From the NCBI RefSeq assembly GCF_022045235.1, contig NW_027266308.1, forward strand, positions 65,534,001-65,598,000: a stretch of DNA of 64,000 nucleotides, read 5' to 3'. Below the pieces are notes generated by a model. The model saw only the letters and a list, made by a program, of their open reading frames with translations. It was not told where the DNA came from and ran no database searches. Below are positions 34,201 to 46,616 of this stretch, in pieces (position 1 is the first letter of the stretch; every line of letters begins with the position of its first letter). The translations under genes were made by a program, and so were the position numbers. The stretch is from Haliotis cracherodii. Taxonomy: Eukaryota.

Positions 34201-37200
34201 GGTTGTAGTTGTATTGTGCCTGATGTGACCTTACACGTAGTTGTAGTTGTATTGTGTCTGATGTGACCTTACACGTGGTTGGTAGTTGTATTGTGCCTGA
34301 TGTGACCTTACACGTGGTTGTAGTTGTATTGTGTCTGATGTGACCTTACACGTGGTTGTAGTTGTATTGTGTCTGATGTGACCTTACACGTGGTTGTAGT
34401 TGTATTGTGTCTGATGTGACCTTACACGTGGTTGTAGTTGTATTGTGTCTGATGTGACCTTACACGTGGTTGTAGTTGTATTGTGTCTGATGTGACCTTA
34501 CAAGTGGTTGTAGTTGTATTGTGTCTGATGTGACCTTACACGTGGTTGTAGCTGTATTGTGTCTGATGTGACCTTACACGTGGTTGTAGTTGTATTGTGT
34601 CTGATGTGACCTTACACGTGGTTGTAGTTGTATTGTGTCTGATGTGACCTTACACGTGGTTGTAGTTGTATTGTGTCTGATGTGACCTTACACGTGGTTG
34701 GTAGTTGTATTGTGTCTGATGTGACCTTACACGTGGTAGGTTGTTGTATTGTGTCTGATGTGACCTCACATGTGGTTGGTAGTTGCATTGTGTCTGATGT
34801 GACATTACATGTGGTTGGTAGTTGTATTGTGTCTGATGTGACCTCACACATGGTAGGTTGTTGTATTGTGTCTGATGTGACCTCAGATGTGGTATGTTGT
34901 TGTATTGTGTCTGGTGTCACCTTACACGTGGTAGGTAGTTCCATTGTGTCTCATGTGACCTCACACGTGGTAGGTTGTTGTATTGTGCCTGATGTGACCT
35001 TACAAGTGGTTGTAGTTGTACTGTGTCTGATGTGACCGTACACGTGGTTGTAGTTGTATTGTGTCTGATGTGACCTTACACGTGGTAGGTAGTTGCATTG
35101 TGTCTGATGTGACCTCAAACGTGGTAGGTTGTTGTATTGTGTCTGATGTGACATTACATGTGGTAGGTAGTTACATTGTGTCTGATGTGACATTTCACTT
35201 GGTTGGTAGTTGCATTGTGCCTGATGTGACCTCACATGTGGTAGGTTGTTGTATTGTGTCTGGTGTGACCTTACACGTGGTAGGTAGTTGTATTGTGTCT
35301 GATGTGACCTCACATGTGGTATGTTGTTGTATTGTGTCTGATGTGACCTCACATGTGGTAGGTTGTTGCATTGTGTCTCATGTGACATTACATGTGGTAG
35401 GTAGTTGTATTGTGTCTGATGTGACCTCACATGTGGTATTTTGTTGTTTTGTGTCTGATGTGACCTCACACGTGGTAGGTTGTTGTATTGTGTCTGATGT
35501 GACCTCACACATGGTAGGTTGTTGTATTGTGTCTGATATGACCTCACACGTGGTAGGTAGTTGTATTGTGCCTGATGTGATCTTACAAGTGGTAGGTTGT
35601 TGTATTATGTCTGATGTGACCTCACATGTGGTATGTTGTTGTATTGTGTCTGGTGTGACCTTACACGTAGTAGGTAGTTGCATTGTGTCTGATGTGACCT
35701 TACACGTGGTAGGTTGTTGTATTGTGTCTGGTGTGACATTACATGTGGTAGGTAGTTACATTGTGACTGATGTGACATTTCACTTGGTTGGTAGTTGCAT
35801 TGTGCCTGATGTGACCTCACATGTGGTAGGTTGTTGTATTGTGTCTGGTGTGACATTACATGTGGTAGGTAGTTGCATTGTGTCTGATGTGACTTCATAC
35901 GTGGTTGGTAGTTGCATTGTGTCTGATGTGACCTCTCACGTGGTTGGTAGTTGCATTGTGTCTGATGTGACCTCACACGTGGTTGGTAGTTGCATTGTGT
36001 CTGATGTGACTTCACACGTGGTTGGTAGTTGCATTGTGTCCGATGTGACATTACATGTGGTTGGTAGTTATATTGTGTCTGGTGTGACCTCACACATGGT
36101 AGGTTGTTGTATTGTGTCTGATGTGACCTCACATGTGGTATGTTGTTGTATTGTGTCTGATGTAACCTCACACGTGTGAGGTTGTTGTATTGTGTCTGAT
36201 GTGACCTCACACATGGTAGGTTGTTGTATTGTGTCTGATGTGATCTTACAAGTGGTAGGTTGTTGTATTGTGTCTGATGTGACCTGACATGTGGTTGGTA
36301 GTTGTATTGTGTCTGGTGTGACCTCACACATGGTAAGTTGTTGTATTGTGTCTGATGTGACCTCACATGTGGTATGTTGTTGTATTGTGTCTGGTGTGAC
36401 CTTACACGTGGTAGGTAGTTGCATTGTGTCTGATGTGACCTCACACGTGGTAGGTTGTTGTATTGTGTCTGATGTGACCTCACATGTGGTATGTTGTTGC
36501 ATTGTGTCTGGTGTGACATTACATGTGGTATGTAGTTGCATTTTGTCCGATGTGACCTTACACGTGGTAGGTAGTTGCATTGTGTCTGATGTGACCTCAC
36601 ACGTGGTAGGTTGTTGTATTGTGTCTGATGTGACCTTACAAATGGTAGGTTGTTGTATTGTGTCTGATGTGACCTCACACGTGGTTGGTAGTTGCATTGT
36701 GTCTGATGTGACTTCACACGTGGTTGGTAGTTGCATTGTGTCTGATGTGACATTACATGTGGTTGGTAGTTGTATTGTGTCTGGTGTGACCTCACACATG
36801 GTAGGTTGTTGTATTGTGTCTGATATGACCTCACACGTGGTAGGTAGTTGTATTGTGCCTTATGTGACCTTACAAGTGGTAGGTTGTTGTATTATGTCTG
36901 ATGTGACCTCACATGTGGTAGGTAGTTGCATTGTGTCTGATGTGACCTCACATGTGGTATGTTGTTGTATTGTGTCTGGTGTGACCTCACATGTGGTATG
37001 TTGTTGCATTGTGTCTCATGTGACATTACATGTGGTAGGTAGTTGCATTGTGTCTGATGTGACCTCACACGTGGTAGGTTGTTGTATTGTGTCTGATTTG
37101 ATCTCACATGTGGTATGTTGTTGCATTGTGTCTGATGTGACCTCACACGTGGTTGTAGTTGTATTGTGTCTGATGTGACCTTACACGTCGTTGTAGTTGT

Positions 37201-38383
37201 ATTGTGTCTGGTGTGACCTTACACGTGGTAGGTAGTTGCATTGTGTCTGATGTGACCTCACACGTGGTAGGTTGTTGTATTGTGTCTGATTTGACCTCAC
37301 ATGTGGTATGTTGTTACATTGTGTCTGGTGTGACATTACATGTGGTTGGTAGTTGCATTGTGTCCGATGTGACCTCACACGTGGTAGGTTGTTGTATTGT
37401 GTCTGATGTGACCTTACAAATGGTAGGTTGTTGTATTGTGTCTGATGTGACCTCACATGTGGTTGGTAGTTGCATTGTGTCTGATGTGACCTCACACGTG
37501 GTTGGTAGTTGCATTGTGTCTGATGTGACCTTACAAGTGGTTGGTAGTTGTATTGTGCCTGATGTGAGATTACATGTGGTTGGTAGTTGTATTGTGCCTG
37601 ATGTGACCTTACAAGTGGTAGGTAGTTGTATTGTCCCTGATGTGACCTTACACGTGGTAGGTAGTTGCAATGTGTCTGATGTGACCTCATACGTGGTTAT
37701 AGTTGTATTGTGTCTGATGTGACATTACACGTGGTAGGTAGTTGCATTGTATCTGATGGGACCTCACACTTGGTATGTAGTTGCATTGTGTCTGATGGGA
37801 CCTTACACGTGGTTGGTAGTTGTATTGTGTCTGATGTGACATTTCACTTGGTTGGTAGTTGCATTGTGTCTCTTATTTAAGCTCACGCCAGAGGAAGAAC
37901 AGAGGGCAACCCACCGGAAAGAACGAAACCGCCTTGCGGCTCAGCGCTTCCGGCGGAAGCGGAAGGAGGAATCAAGCAGCCTCGAAGTGGTAATGGGCCA
38001 CATTGTTGCTCTGTTGTCAAATTACAGTTCTCAAGTACCATATTATGTCGTATTAAACAAGACACTATGAGAATAAATAAACCCAACCCAACATGCTACC
38101 AATTTTCTACAAAAAGAGATAATTATGTTTTTGCGTTGCTTCCTTGCTCCTGAGATGTTTACATATAGCTGTTACAGTATGTGTATGAAAATAATCTTCA
38201 AGTATTTAGTTGCATGTTAAATTGTTTTTTCTGTATTTGCAGGAGGTTGACCGCCTGACAAACGCCAATGCCAAACTCCAGGCGGAATTTGACTCCCTGA
38301 CAGTGGAGAAAGAACAACTTCTGTTTGCTCTGTCTCAGATCCGGACACCCTCGGGGCCCATCCTGCCAGGTGTTTCCCGCTGA
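27615..38383 (+). CDS. ATF3-like: bZIP gene 2, ATF3/JDP2-like, ~172 aa as assembled; join(27615..27884,37882..37989,38243..38383); possible frameshift near 38343 would extend the CDS to 38400
   Basis: Exon A follows acceptor CCACAG, contains LTPLIKEELKCKIQ (human ATF3 LTPFVKEELRFAIQ) and ends TCG|GTGAGT. The 108-nt exon encodes LTPEEEQRATHRKERNRLAAQRFRRKRKEESSSLEV. Zipper exon after TTGCAG encodes EVDRLTNANAKLQAEFDSLTVEKEQLLFAL. All junctions phase 0; ~10 kb first coding intron; AATAAA at 39453. Confidence 0.85.
29340..29404. repeat. (AT)n microsatellite; others at (GT)n 29711-29756, (CA)n 31223-31273, (TA)n 55382-55440, (GCAC)n/(AC)n ~16256-16301
   Basis: Direct reading. Confidence 0.95.
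29406..31225 (+). repeat. Dispersed direct duplication (29406-~29700 versus 30996-~31225) in the gene 2 intron
   Basis: Shared AAAAGTCGAAG..GTTAATCATTTTGCAGTTCCACAAT..CACCACCAGAATATTGTCC..GGGTCAATGGGACTATACTC, each followed by a CA/GT microsatellite. Confidence 0.85.
31330..31565 (+). mobile_element. 236-bp hammerhead-bearing retroelement fragment (Penelope pLTR / retrozyme-like) in the gene 2 intron
   Basis: 13-bp direct repeats CACAAATGTATTA at 31317-31329 and 31566-31578; internal hammerhead followed by AATAAA at 31532. Confidence 0.65.
31484..31523 (+). ncRNA. Minimal type I hammerhead ribozyme motif (Penelope-like element type)
   Basis: CAC-CTGATGA-A-GGA(loop)TCC-GAAA-CGT-T-GTG: intact core, stem II GGA/TCC, palindromic ACGT stem III, stem I CAC/GTG. 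Confidence 0.7.
31675..37870. repeat. 38/39-bp satellite, ~6.2 kb, intronic in gene 2, with higher-order structure
   Basis: Unit GTGGTTG(G)TAGTTGTATTGTGTCTGATGTGACCTTACAC; identical ORFs at 32209 and 32791 show a 582-bp higher-order period. Confidence 0.97.
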
Positions 38384-40741
38384 GACACCAAGTGTCATGA
38401 ATCAATGTGTCACATACTGACAGTGCAGAAGCTTGCCAAGGCTCGAGCTCCGACCACTGTGGGCATCTGGCCTGTCCTGGCAATGTACAGAACTGATCAA
38501 GGGTACTGGGAACTTGTAGTGAGTGTAGTTCGAATTAGTTACCAACAATAGCCAATCAGGGAACAGCATGTGAGAACACAATCATATGTCATGAATCGTT
38601 GTTGCAGTAGTTGTGATTGGTACATCTTGAACAAGTTTAAAAAGTGATTTAAAGGTTGATGTTGAGACATGCATTTAAATATATCCATACTCAGATAGAT
38701 GTGTGCATCATAGAGTGATAAATGGTCTCAAATTTCTTGAAGCTGATACCTCCTTGGCCTCGTACGCCTGATCGTGTAAGTGCTTTTCGTATCCATATGT
38801 AAGAAATACGGGTAAATCGTTTTATAGGATATGGCGTTTAGCAGTGTACGTGCCATATACTTAAAATGACGCCACGACGCATTGTCTCATAACTGACAAT
38901 AATGAAAGACCTCATACCAAACCATGGCACAATACCATTCCTCCAAGGCTATACATTTTAACATTTAACAAGTGTTTAATGTTCAGTCACTAGTTCAGGT
39001 TAGCAAAGGCCTTCACATGCTGTTTCTTGAAGTAGCCACTGAGATCATGTAGTTTACTTGTTTTGTATGATATACATTCAGGGTCACAAAGTTTCATGTA
39101 TCAGTTTTTGTAATGAGTTGTACATGTTGCCATTTTTGTTGTTGCCATGGTGACATGTCTCAGTTACCTCCCCTTGTCTCCACCATGTGACCCATGTCCA
39201 ATCAGATCTGCTACTCAAAGGCCCTCAGTGCCACACCCACTTGGGTACAGAACCCAGCAATGATCACCCACATCTGAAGATCACCTTTATTATTATGGAG
39301 ACAGATTGGGATAAACTTATCTTATTACAAAATAACCGCCGTTATAGGTTTTCTTCGTTATCTGGTTTGACACAGTTTACTGTCATCATTTTTTTCCTTT
39401 ACTTGTGATATTTAATCTGTTTATTTCCAAATCCAAATGTCAATCATTAGACAATAAACTGTGACTGACATAAACACAGACGAATGTTGGGGTAGAAGTA
39501 CCAAAAGTCTGTGGTAAGTCCACAACAATCTCCCCCCCCCCCCCCCCCCCCCACCCCCAAAAGAAAAATAAATTAAAAATTAGTCTCTTGCATTTAGACA
39601 TTTTGGGTTTGGTTTAACATATCAACTTTAGGTAGTCATATTAATACCACAAGAACGTTTGAGTTTGAAATTAAGTTGTAATGTAGGATTCATATTTTGT
39701 ATGTTTGAATGTTTGGGCAGAATTCGAGTGCAGAATTCGATAGAAAAGTTTGATAATAATGAAAAGTAGTGTTTGGATTGATAAAATAAATTCCGCGATT
39801 TTTCTGCAATTCTGCAGTAAGTAACATTTTCTGCAAATCAGACCTCTCAGACCTCAGACCTCCTCTCAGTGAAATATGAATGAGTCTTACATCAGTGACT
39901 TAACCCAAACTCACACATACATATAACCGTTATATTCAAAATACTGTTCAAAAACGTAGAACCAAACTCACCAACTCACACACTGAAATGAAACCGTTTC
40001 GGTCACAGCCAAACAGGTACTTGTTCGCCTTCAAACACAGACACTGAAGACGTCTACTTTGGCAACCCTCTTCTGGCGCAATACTCGAGCAATGTTCTCA
40101 CGCACATCCAGTACACTCACTGGTACGGTATTAATCACGATTGTTTTGTTGTCAGTGTTAATTCTCCCTACCGCTAATACACGATTGTTTTTAATCCACA
40201 TAACTTCAAACACTCCAGGAATGTGCCGCAAGTGCAATAAATAGATTTAAGTAACAGTTTCTTTTTCAAAGAGTTTTATATACAGAGGAACCTGTTAATC
40301 CAGACACACGCTCCGGATTAACGAAGCTAGTCAAATATCATTTTGTTCATATCAAATTCATTTTCACTCATGTATTCGTAGATGCACACCATTCCTGCTT
40401 TTTTTATTATATTTTTTTCTAATTACAATCTACCTGACTGGGACAACCTTTATCCATATTGTCGTGTGAGCAGATTCTCAAGTAGAACTCAAGCCATTTA
40501 CTGTCACCGCAGTGTATAAACCCTCTCATTTGTAGTATGTGCACATGAAACCGAGATTTTTAAGCCAGGCCAATTCATTGCTTTTTACGTACGTGAGCCC
40601 GTACCGTTTGAAAAGTACAACATATGCTTTTGCTTCTTGTTGTTTGGATGTTGGCCTGGCCTTGGTAGACTTTGTTAGGTCTTTGAACAGCATTTAGCAG
40701 ATGTTGTTCATGACATAGATGCAGTTTTCCTTATTGGTGTA

Positions 40742-40853
40742 TAGTACTCAAAACAAGTTAAGGAACACATTTGGAAGGCCGTGTTGCAGTACCCACAGGT
40801 TGACTATTGTCACATGAAAAATTCGGGTGTTCCTTTACTTCTTTTGAGTAGTA
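40742..40853. mobile_element. Tc1/mariner-type MITE
   Basis: ~27-bp TIRs TAGTACTCAAAACAAGTTAAGGAACAC / GTGTTCCTTTACTTCTTTTGAGTAGTA flanked by TA. Confidence 0.6.
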
Positions 40854-43800
40854 TATAACGCTGTGTTGAGATAGATCCTGGCCCTTAGGGTGAGTTTGTT
40901 ATCTACTAAAAGTATAATCATCTATCCCGAAATGTTTTGCTTTGCATAAAATTGACGCCCGTTTAGACTCTGTTAGGAGTGTTTAGCTGTAGTGTTCAAT
41001 ACAGCCTCTAGATATCAATATGTATGTTTGCAATATTTTATGTAGTAGTCATGCTATATTATCCACTCTATTACATACCTGCTACTGTAATAAATACCCT
41101 GGACCTGTTTTCTACCACAGCCTCGAATTGGAATGAGACGTCACATCCGTCATATGCTGTTTTGATTTTCAGCTTTTTTAGCGTCGAATTCGCTTCATTC
41201 AAAGCGGTCTCAATACGAAACTATGGTATGGTTTCAGGGTATTTATCATACTAGAATGGCATTAGGACTGGATAAACGAAGATGTGTTTCTCCTGACCTT
41301 GCTACTGTGTAAGATACTAATCTGATCACCATTGTTCGCAACCTCGATTATCCAGTTTATTATGATATTTATCATAAAATGGAGATACCATACGCTGGAT
41401 AATCGATTGCCATTCCGGACCTTTATTTTTACAAGCAGCCATTTTACTGCCAGTATAAAATGTCCGCTCATTCAGTTGGAGCGTGGGTTGACCTTAGATC
41501 GGGTTAATGAATGAAACACTTGACCTCGCCCTACCCCTGATCACTGCCACCCTGAGGGTAATCTCCTTTTGTACCTTACATTGCATGCGTTATGTGGAAA
41601 GGGTAAGATGTTATGTACAAGAGGGCGGGGTGTTTTGTTCAAGAGGGCGAGATGCTATGTACAAGAGGGCATGTTATATGTACAGGAGTGTTACAAGTTA
41701 TTATGTACGAAGGGGGTGTTGTGTTCAAGACGGCGATATGTTATGTGCGAGAGGTTGTTAGGTACGCCGGTGATCTGGGAAAACCGTAGGAAATCGTTTT
41801 CTTTCTTTTTTGTCGAGTCAGCATTTTTTCACATTAACCGTTTTTACCCATTCCTGTGCATGATTACGGGCTGGTCAAGGGTTAAGGTTTTGAAATAAGA
41901 GCCGGGCCTCCAATGACGCTAAGTCGTGCCTTCACTTCCGGTATCTCGTAGTTCAATGTATCCGAGCTTTGAGAGCCGGCCTCCAATATGGCCCTGGGCT
42001 GAAAGTAAACGAAATGTATTTTTGGTCCGGGCTCATAGTACAGAATATACGGTACCCTTTTTCATTGTTTTAGATGCACGGTGATATGTACAAGGTTCTC
42101 CAAAGTATTTCAGTCCATTCGCAAATAACATTGTATCACTTGATATCTTTCTTGTGTGGTGTGATGTGTGACCATTTGAAAGTGGTGTGAATCGTGCGAT
42201 AGACATGGACAAACACTTGTCAGGCAAATGTGCCAATTATTTCAAACGCTCAAACCATTCCTGTATTTTCAATTTTGTTATTCTCCAAATTTTTAAACCA
42301 AAGCTTTAAATAATTTGTTCATCCCTTCTCATACACGTTGATAAATCGTTGATATCTTGACTGTTTGATTGTCACGTACAACCACATAAGACACCTTTTT
42401 TAGTTTTATTAGATTTTTAGTAAGTTTCTTTTTATATTTTTCGACATAAAATGTCATGTGTTCATTTTCTTCTTCATCATTTATAATCCATCCTGTGTTA
42501 TTATCATACCGAAGTCAATTTCAACCTGCATGTGGAGTACATGCGTTAGTATTGCGTTATGTCCTTTTGTGGTTACAAATTCACGATCTGGGCCCATTGC
42601 CAAATATCTTCACCAGTATATATGTAAACAATAAACATGATTTGATTGAACTTGTTTTTGCTTTGCACTGCTACATGCAGGGCCTGTTGTTACATAGTGT
42701 ACGCGTAGATGTAGATGTCACTTGTTACTTTCATTTTGCTTGATGCTATGACACACTTTGTTTTGTTTGTTACTTATATACCCCGGATGAGTGTTTGTTT
42801 GTGTATACATGTGTATACGGTTAATGACCTGTTGTCGCAGCATGGGGCCTGCAGTCAGATGTTTACGGTTGTTGTACAGAGAAGATGTTTTTTGTTCCAT
42901 TGATGATGATTATGGCATTATATTTTTATATACGCATGAGAATAAATGACTATTTGCAATTTGAATCTCTGTGTTTTGTCGTCACTGGAAAACGTACACC
43001 GCACTGTTGGGAGTTAATGCTCCTTTAGACCAAGTACGTCCATAGAACCTCGTTATTTGGGTACAATGCATCTGCATGCATAGAGCGTGTACGGCACTTG
43101 ATATGGTTTCCAAAACCGGAAGTGGTATCATTATATATAAATAAGCTATTTTTATGCTTATGGCTTTGTCATAAGTGTAGTTGAGGAGTATAACTAAGTG
43201 TGGGATCAAATATGAATCTAGAAGATCGTGAAAAAGAATTCAGAATATCATCTTTCTGGTGGGGAAGTTTGGGGGCATTCAGGAAATGGTATAGGGGTGG
43301 GATTGCTTCCATTTTTCAGGTAATGCAAACGTTTACTCCTCTGCGATTCCTTAATCTGTCATACAGACTCAAATACAGCACGTGCAATAGTCTAATATTG
43401 GCTCCTTCTTATGTTTTATTAAGATAATTTAATGTCTGTATTTCTGTAAAATATGTTCATTTCAGAGACAAAATATTAGTCAAGCGACCCATTGTGCATG
43501 AAGCTCTAAGGACACCTCCACAGGCAGTCGTTTTCGGTGAAGCCAGAGCGAATTTTGACCAATCTAGTGCATGGATGCATGGGTTTTTGAGCCAATCAGA
43601 TGTCTGCTTCCTAAAACACTTCGGTTTCGTTGCTTAACGGAAATTCTGAAACGACAGGATGTATTAAAACAATATAAAAGCATGATAGCTTTTCACATTC
43701 GGATTTCCTTGCTCAATCATACCGAGAAATACGCCTCGGCGCTGATTGGCTGATTAGAATGTTCACCTTCCGCGACCCCCAATGAAGAGGTCCTCAAACC

Positions 43801-43968
43801 TTCACACATAGAGGTATCGTAGAATGAAAGATGTGATTTTAATTACACTGGTTACTTAATTCATACTATGGTTTGGAGAATAGTATCAGTTAGAAAATAT
43901 ATAATAAATAAAACGTTTGTCTTTTCTTGTCAAATAATACGTTTATTTCCTCTCGTGACATAGTCATG

Positions 43969-44727
43969 TGACGTCATAGCTCCTGTGACGTATACAGTAC
44001 GTCAACAACGAGCTGCCGCCATATTGCGTGTAGGTACATACGTTATATTATATCAAAATAATAAGACTTAAAAATAAGGTCAGCGATTAACAAATGTGTG
44101 TTCTTATATTGGACCGGGCCCGGGTTTTTGACGTAACCAGTGAACGTTTTATAAGTAGGCTATTCGAATACCTAAAAGTTTTTGTTCATACCAAATACGC
44201 TGTAGTATAACATCATGTACCTCGCAATGACGTCATCATCAAACAATAGATTAGCTCACCTTCAGCCGAGATGAACCAACTCGATGAGATCACCGTGAGG
44301 ATTCTGGGTTGCAATAGGCACAAGCAACGCTGGCTTGTGACATGGTTGTCAAGGGTAACAAGGCTGTCATTGTATCACGAAGGTGCGGAACGTTGCGGGT
44401 AACATCGACCACTAGTTTGTCTGGTTATTTACGGGGATGTGGGGTGGACAAGTGGTTAAGCGTTCGCTCGTCATGGGTTCGATTGCCCACATGGGCACAG
44501 TGTGTGAAGCCCATTTCTGGTGTCCCCCGACGTGATATTGCTTGAACAAACATACTCACTCACTCTGGATATTTACAGACTGCCGTGTAGTATTGGTGAA
44601 TGTGACGTTAAACAACAAACACGTGATGCGATAAAAAAAAAATCAAGACAAGGCATTCGGTGAGAAGGTATGAATATACCCTGTGTGTATCCTATAACGC
44701 TGAATATTCATCGCCTAACTTACGTCA
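43969..44727. promoter_or_regulatory. CRE cluster ~2 kb upstream of gene 3
   Basis: TGACGTCA 43969 and 44228; TGACGTAA 44129; TTACGTCA 44720; additional TGACGT/ACGTCA half-sites at 43985-44004. Confidence 0.45.
44433..44563 (+). mobile_element. SINE family A, degenerate
   Basis: GTGGTTAAGCGTTCGCTCGTCA..GGTTCGATTGCCCACATGGG..ACTCACTCAC. Confidence 0.75.
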
Positions 44728-45176
44728 TGAATGGAATGAAAGAGGATTAGCCACAGTGGTTACTTCCCTTCGTGGTACCGGGATACGCTGGTCGAAATTA
44801 CAACAGTATCTGCTTTATTGTTTTACATTATAAACTTGAGCCGATTCCAAGAGAGGAATAAGCTACGCAAGGGTTGGATTTGCATGTCATTGTTCCAAGT
44901 GGCGAGACGAAGGTTGTCCCAGAATTGCTCTCTTTGGTTTCACCAAATTGTAAACGTCTAAGACGTCCATCCCTTCGGGCTTTCCCCCCACACTAAGCTG
45001 ACACAGACTAATGTCATATAACTTTATTAACATGAAGTCTTATGAAGACCAACGCAACATGAGTATATTGAGCATGTGTATCCGTTTTATAAAGTAGTCT
45101 CTCCACACAGCGACCCCCCCCCCCCCCCCCCCCACACCCCCGCCCCCACTCAGACGCTCGTGACAGGTCGAACTGA

Positions 45177-45435
45177 GTTCGTTTGTTTGTTTGTTGTTTA
45201 ACGCAGCACTCAGCAACATTCCAGCTATATGACGGCGGTCTGTAAGTAATCGAGACTGGACCGAACAATCCAGTGACCGATATCATGAGCATCGATCCAC
45301 GCAATTGGATACGATAACATCCTAAACCAAGTCAGCGAGCCTGATCACCCGATCGCCTCTTACGACAAGCATAGTCTCCTTTTACGGCAGAAATGGGTTG
45401 CTGAAGACCTATTCTACCCCGGATCGTCACGGGTC
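45177..45435 (-). mobile_element. Family B element, full length
   Basis: 8-bp TSD CGAACTGA (45169-45176, 45436-45443); 5' end GACCCGTG. Confidence 0.85.
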
Positions 45436-46352
45436 CGAACTGACGTACCCCAGGTAACTAGAAGAAGAAGATGGTTGACTGATTTACAGGGGCCACACCC
45501 ACATCCACCATATTAACACACATAACATTGTAGGGGTTGTTTAACAAACAAATGGCACAAAATATAAATACATACATATCCTGTTAATTTTAATTCAGTT
45601 GAACATTTCGATTTATATGCTGTATGCTATATTTCGGAAATATGCTATTAAATGACATGATCGTGATTACTGGCTCGTTTATGTGTTTCTGTTTAAGTGT
45701 TCAATAAAATTATCAAGTAAATTGTTTAGATGTCGCCAAATGTGTGTACAGTAACCGTCATCTTAAATACAGATAACCATGTAACGAAACGTTTTCTTCT
45801 GTACCAACGTGGATGGTTCTTCTAGAGATATAGATATTAGTCGATTGATAATATTCGATAGACGTTTAAGTTTTAATTGGAAATTTCAGCTTCGTTAAAC
45901 TTCTCAGAAGCAGTAATACTTGTTCTATCCGCGAGGAGACGGAGCAGGCAATGGCGGTTAACCACGCCGCAGTTAGTGTGACACAACAGCCACAATACGC
46001 CCACGTTTACAACACTGGCCTGGATGTGTCCCTGTCATATACAATGGTATACCATTGATGAGAAATCTGACGACATATATGTGCATGTAGAAGAATCTAG
46101 ACTGTTCAGTATCTTGTATGAAATAGGGGTGACGACTCAACAAAACCATGTTCAGTTACATTCATGCTATAGTGTATTTATGCTATAGTGTATGTATCAC
46201 ACGTTATCAATATTGTCGATTTTTAAATAATAATTGATCAAATAATGTAATTCGTTGATTACAATGAAATATTCTATTTTTTACATTAAAATTAGCTCAG
46301 TTTATATCTCTGTGAAGAGAACTTTGTTGAGTGGAATGATTCAGCGTTGTAT

Positions 46353-46616
46353 GGGCGGACATTTGCGAGCATTTCCGTAAACTGCCGATATGTACTCGTT
46401 GAATTCCGTATTACATCGGATTGGTCGTGTTTGGACACGCTTGCTCCAGACGAACAAGTCTGGGCGCTTCCCTTTGACGTCACCGCAAGCCCCTATAAAT
46501 ACAGAGGCCTCTCGCAACTGCTTCATTCAGCGTTTCACACAACGACTGGCTTGTTATGAATCAGCTAGCCGGTCAACGTCGTCACAACACCACGCTTGCC
46601 GGTAAGTGCTGAGTCA
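46353..46616 (+). promoter_or_regulatory. Core promoter and first exon of bZIP gene 3
   Basis: GC box GGGCGG 46353; ATTGG 46420; perfect CRE TGACGTCA 46475-46482; TATAAATA 46494; Inr TCATTC 46523 (~30 nt after TATA); donor 46602; TGCTGAGTCA (AP-1/ARE) 46607-46616. Confidence 0.8.

Noticed and set aside
32209-37722. ORFs of up to 409 aa
   Set aside because: The 39-bp unit is a multiple of 3, so frames stay open; they break at every 38-bp unit.
491-37870. CRISPR-like appearance of regular repeats
   Set aside because: No unique spacers, no cas genes, eukaryotic context.
38384-38550. Stop-codon readthrough extension of gene 2
   Set aside because: The frame is open but has no recognisable motif or readthrough context; the -1 frame explains the C-terminus better.
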